From assembly GCA_052390515.1 (NCBI GenBank), contig JBQTGV010000198.1, positions 1 to 16,143 of the forward strand: a stretch of DNA of 16,143 nucleotides, given 5' to 3'. The DNA is from Candidatus Eiseniibacteriota bacterium (GTDB lineage Bacteria > ARS69). The notes beneath the pieces were generated by a model. It saw nothing but the letters and a program-made list of their open reading frames with translations, ran no database searches and was not told the origin of the DNA. Below, one piece after another: positions 13,170 through 16,143 of the stretch. Positions within the stretch are counted from its first letter, which is position 1; each line of letters starts with the position of its first letter. A program made the position numbers and the translations under genes.

Positions 13170-15350
13170 ATGCCGAGATGGAAGCTGCTCGTCGGGCCGA
13201 AGCGCCCGGAACCCTCGTACCCGAGCCTCCCCCGCGTGAAGCCCGGCGGCGAGACCACGCTCCCCGGCCTGTACGCCGTGGGGGAGATCGCCGGGACGCC
13301 GCTCATCAAGTACGGATTGAACGAGGGGTACGACCTGGCCGTCCGCCTCGCCGCGGAGCTCGAGGCGGAGGGTCCCCCCGCTGACGGAGTCCACGATCTC
13401 GTGATCATCGGGTCGGGCGCGGCCGGCCTCTCCGCGGCCGCCACCGCGCAGGAGCTCGGGCTTCGCGCGGTCGTGCTCGAGTCCGACCACCTGGCCGAGA
13501 CCGTCTACACGATGACCCAGGGCAAGATCATCTTCGCCGAGCCGGAGGGCGTGGAGACGAAAGGTCGGCTCTGGTTCGAGGAGTGCACCAAGGAGGAGCT
13601 GCTCGCGAAGTGGGAGGCGCAGGTCCGCGAGTTGGGCCTCGACGTGCGCACGTTCGAGAAGGTGGAAGACATTCGGCGCGAGAACGGCGTGCTCGCCGTG
13701 CGCTCCAGTCGGGGCGAGTACCGCGCGCGTCGCGTCGTCCTTGCCGCGGGGAAGGCCGGGAACCCGCGCAAGGCCGGTGTACCGGGCGAGCTGGAACACG
13801 CGGCGAAGATCGACCACCGGCTGATCGATGCGGCGCGGCACGCCGGCCAGGACGTGCTGGTCTACGGCGGAGGCGACGTGGCGCTGGAGGCCGCTCTGGC
13901 GCTGTGCGGAACGAACCGCGTCACGCTCGCCACGATCGATCCCGAGTTCATCTATCCCAAGAAGCGGAACGTCGACGCGGTGCAGACCAAGGTGGCCGAG
14001 GGCAGGATCACCCTGCTCTTCGACACGTGGCTGCATGCGGTGGGCGCCCGGGAAGTGACGCTCTCCGTCGGCGGGAAGGGCGGCGAGCGTCGCACGATTC
14101 CGAACGATCACGTTTTCGAGATGATCGGCGCGGACCTGCCGCTCACGTTCTTCGAGCGGATCGGGGTCCAGCTCGAGAGCGCCTGGACCCCGGGGCGATG
14201 GCTCGGCCTCGCCGCGCTGTTCGTCGCCGTGTACTCCCTGTACGCGCTCAAGTCCTACGGCAAGGGAATCTCCGCCTGGCCGTTCGAGGGGCTGATCTCG
14301 CCGGAGACGTACGACGCGGCGCTGCGCGCCGTCTTCCGGCCGGCGTTCGCCCCCTTCGCCGGTCTCTTCCGGGAGGGCGCGCTCGCCGACATCCTCGCGG
14401 ACCGCGGCTACCAGCAGGGATACCTGTACAGCCTGCTCTACACCGTGGTGATGGTCGTCTTCGGCTGGGAGGCGATGATCCGCTGGCGCGGCATGGCGCG
14501 CAGGAAGAGCTATCAGACCTGGCGCTACGTCACGCTCCTGGCGTTCCAGGTAGGCTTCTTCCTGCTCGTGAACATCGTGGCCGTGCAGGCGCTGACCACC
14601 AAGTACGCGTGGCGCGCGTGGGGTCTCTATCAGCCGTTCCCGCTCTTCTTCAACGTGTTCTTCTGGTGGTACGACGGCGATCCCGCGACGATCAAGTGGT
14701 TCTTCGTGATCGCCGGGCTCGCCGGGACCCTGGTGGCCATCCCGCTGCTCGCGCGCTGGCACGGCAAGCGGTTCTGCACGTGGATCTGCGGCTGCGGCGG
14801 CCTGGCGGAGACCCTCGGGGACCGCTGGCGCCACCTCTCCGCCAAGGGCGAGCGCTCACGCGCGTGGGAGTTCCAGAGCTACGTGGTCCTGCTCGCCGCC
14901 GCCATCATCGCCCTGGTCGTCGTCGGCATCTACGAGACCGACGGGAGCAACCCGTGGTGGAGGATCTACAGTTATCTCGTCGACTTCTGGCTCGTCGCCG
15001 TCATTCCTGTCACGCTGTACCCGTTCTTCGGCGGCAAGGTGTGGTGCCGGTACTGGTGTCCGCTCGCCGCGTGGAATCAGGTCCTGGCGAAGTGGTACGG
15101 GAAGCTGGAGATCCGCTCCAACGACAAATGCATCTCCTGCACGCAGTGCTCCAAGCACTGTCAGGTGGGCGTCGACGTGATGGCCTTCGCGAAGAACCAG
15201 CAGAGCTTCGACAACCGCAACTCCTCGTGCATCCACTGCGGGATCTGCATCGACGTATGTCCGATGGACGTCCTGTCCTTCGCCACGGCCGGCGGCGAGA
15301 AGTCGCCGCAAGGGGCGGCGGTCGTGTTCGCCCGATCCCGCGCGGCGTGA
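13170..15350 (+). CDS. FAD/NAD(P)-binding TrxB-fold oxidoreductase fused to a NapH/FixG-type membrane 4Fe-4S domain, 726 aa
   Basis: Flavoprotein motifs are ETTLPGLYAVGEIAG (13251-13295), DLVIIGSGAAGLSAA (GxGxxG 13410-13427), VVLAAG, VLVYGGGDVALEAA (13866-13883) and DHVFEMIG. About 6 hydrophobic helices follow, with CTWICGCGG (14775-14801) and WCRYWCP (15042-15062). Two ferredoxin motifs close the protein: CISCTQCSKHCQ (15129-15164) and CIHCGICIDVCP (15228-15263). Confidence 0.88.
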   Translation: MPRWKLLVGPKRPEPSYPSLPRVKPGGETTLPGLYAVGEIAGTPLIKYGLNEGYDLAVRLAAELEAEGPPADGVHDLVIIGSGAAGLSAAATAQELGLRAVVLESDHLAETVYTMTQGKIIFAEPEGVETKGRLWFEECTKEELLAKWEAQVRELGLDVRTFEKVEDIRRENGVLAVRSSRGEYRARRVVLAAGKAGNPRKAGVPGELEHAAKIDHRLIDAARHAGQDVLVYGGGDVALEAALALCGTNRVTLATIDPEFIYPKKRNVDAVQTKVAEGRITLLFDTWLHAVGAREVTLSVGGKGGERRTIPNDHVFEMIGADLPLTFFERIGVQLESAWTPGRWLGLAALFVAVYSLYALKSYGKGISAWPFEGLISPETYDAALRAVFRPAFAPFAGLFREGALADILADRGYQQGYLYSLLYTVVMVVFGWEAMIRWRGMARRKSYQTWRYVTLLAFQVGFFLLVNIVAVQALTTKYAWRAWGLYQPFPLFFNVFFWWYDGDPATIKWFFVIAGLAGTLVAIPLLARWHGKRFCTWICGCGGLAETLGDRWRHLSAKGERSRAWEFQSYVVLLAAAIIALVVVGIYETDGSNPWWRIYSYLVDFWLVAVIPVTLYPFFGGKVWCRYWCPLAAWNQVLAKWYGKLEIRSNDKCISCTQCSKHCQVGVDVMAFAKNQQSFDNRNSSCIHCGICIDVCPMDVLSFATAGGEKSPQGAAVVFARSRAA

Positions 15351-15374
15351 GGCGAAGGAACGCGTCGAGCCGAC

Positions 15375-16142
15375 CTAGAACCGGTAGAGCGCGCTCGCGT
15401 AGACTTGGTCGGTGCGCTGGTCGTCGCCGCGGCTCCGCTCCACGGACATCAGCAGCGCCCAGCCCCGGGTGACCCGGAAGTCCGCGTCGAGCGAGTACCA
15501 GCGGACGGTGTTGCGCGTGGAGACGGCCATCAAAGTCGTATCCTCCCGCAGGCCGCCACCGAACTCGACGTGCATGCGGCTGCCCAGGCTCGCGCCCGTG
15601 CCGGCGGAGTGCAGCCAGCCCTCGACCATGTCGTTCTCGTAGAACGTGGAGCGCACGCGTGCGCTGATCCCGTGGAAGCTCGGGATGCCGGTGCTGGCCG
15701 TGGCCGTCGCGGTGTGCGCGGCGCCCGCCGCCCCGCCCGTGGTGCGCCGGACGTTCACGCCGACGCGCGTGTTGCGTAGCGGCTCGTAGTCGAGCCCCGT
15801 CCAGTAACCCTGGCGGTAGCTGTCGTCGAACTCCGTTTCCGGCGTCTCGCGGTCACGATACAGGCGAACGGTGCGCCGCGTGTCGAGGCCCGCGTCCAGG
15901 GAAGCGCGCGGGGCGAATCGCCATCTCGTGGAGACGAAGGAGCTGGTGAGCTGCACCGGGCTCTCGCCGGCGTCCTGCTTCCAGCCGCGGTTCAGATCGA
16001 CGTCCTGGATCGCGGACAGGAAGAGCCGTTCGCCGCTGTAGCGCGCCTGTACGATGACGTTCTCGCGGTTGACGACGTTCTCGGTGTAGGAGCCGACCAG
16101 ACCGGTGGTGAGGCGCCAGCGCGACGTGCCCGAGGCCCGCTC
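15375..16142 (-). CDS. Putative outer-membrane beta-barrel protein, 5' part outside the window
   Basis: The frame of ORF 15375..15956 is open to the right edge (ERASGTSRWRLTTGLVGSYTENVVNRENVIVQARYSG...). It has repeated amphipathic alternating strands (YWTGLDYEP, TRVGVNVRR, MHVEFGGGLR, WYSLDADFR) and ends QVYASALYRF*, a BamA beta-signal-like terminal Y-x-F. Confidence 0.72.
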   Translation of the reverse strand, partial: ERASGTSRWRLTTGLVGSYTENVVNRENVIVQARYSGERLFLSAIQDVDLNRGWKQDAGESPVQLTSSFVSTRWRFAPRASLDAGLDTRRTVRLYRDRETPETEFDDSYRQGYWTGLDYEPLRNTRVGVNVRRTTGGAAGAAHTATATASTGIPSFHGISARVRSTFYENDMVEGWLHSAGTGASLGSRMHVEFGGGLREDTTLMAVSTRNTVRWYSLDADFRVTRGWALLMSVERSRGDDQRTDQVYASALYRF

Positions 16143-16143
16143 C

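Noticed and set aside
13170..14190. Calling the flavoprotein thioredoxin reductase (trxB)
   Set aside because: It has no redox-active CxxC, a permuted motif order and a membrane Fe-S fusion.
13146..15472. Overlapping long ORFs 13146..14834 (-) and 13583..15472 (+)
   Set aside because: Shadow frames of the oxidoreductase gene with no motifs.

Overview
High-GC bacterial window. A FlgD/T9SS-type C-terminal domain and a terminal SWGxVKAxYR motif suggest an FCB-group candidate lineage such as Eisenbacteria, Krumholzibacteriota or Latescibacterota (inference). Left to right it contains: (1) a membrane-anchored sulfatase-like gene on the minus strand that the ORF track missed because its frame has no stop in the window; near base 160 coding signal jumps into another frame that looks like the middle of an unrelated AsmA-like gene; (2) a divergent secreted multidomain metallophosphoesterase; (3) a DNA-repair operon addB-addA-tag, apparently driven by a near-leaderless sigma70-type promoter; (4) a stand-alone OmpH/Skp chaperone; (5) a remnant TolB/PD40-repeat gene ending in SWGLVKARYR; (6) a circularly permuted, CxxC-less TrxB-fold flavoprotein fused to a NapH/FixG-type membrane polyferredoxin; (7) the 3' part of a convergent outer-membrane beta-barrel gene. 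The strongest leads are the permuted flavoprotein-polyferredoxin fusion, a candidate sliding-clamp-binding motif (QLALPF) in a disordered AddB loop, the putative SWG C-terminal sorting signal and the frame-switch junction at the left end. I saw no RNA genes, CRISPR arrays or mobile elements. All calls come from reading motifs by eye; no searches were run.
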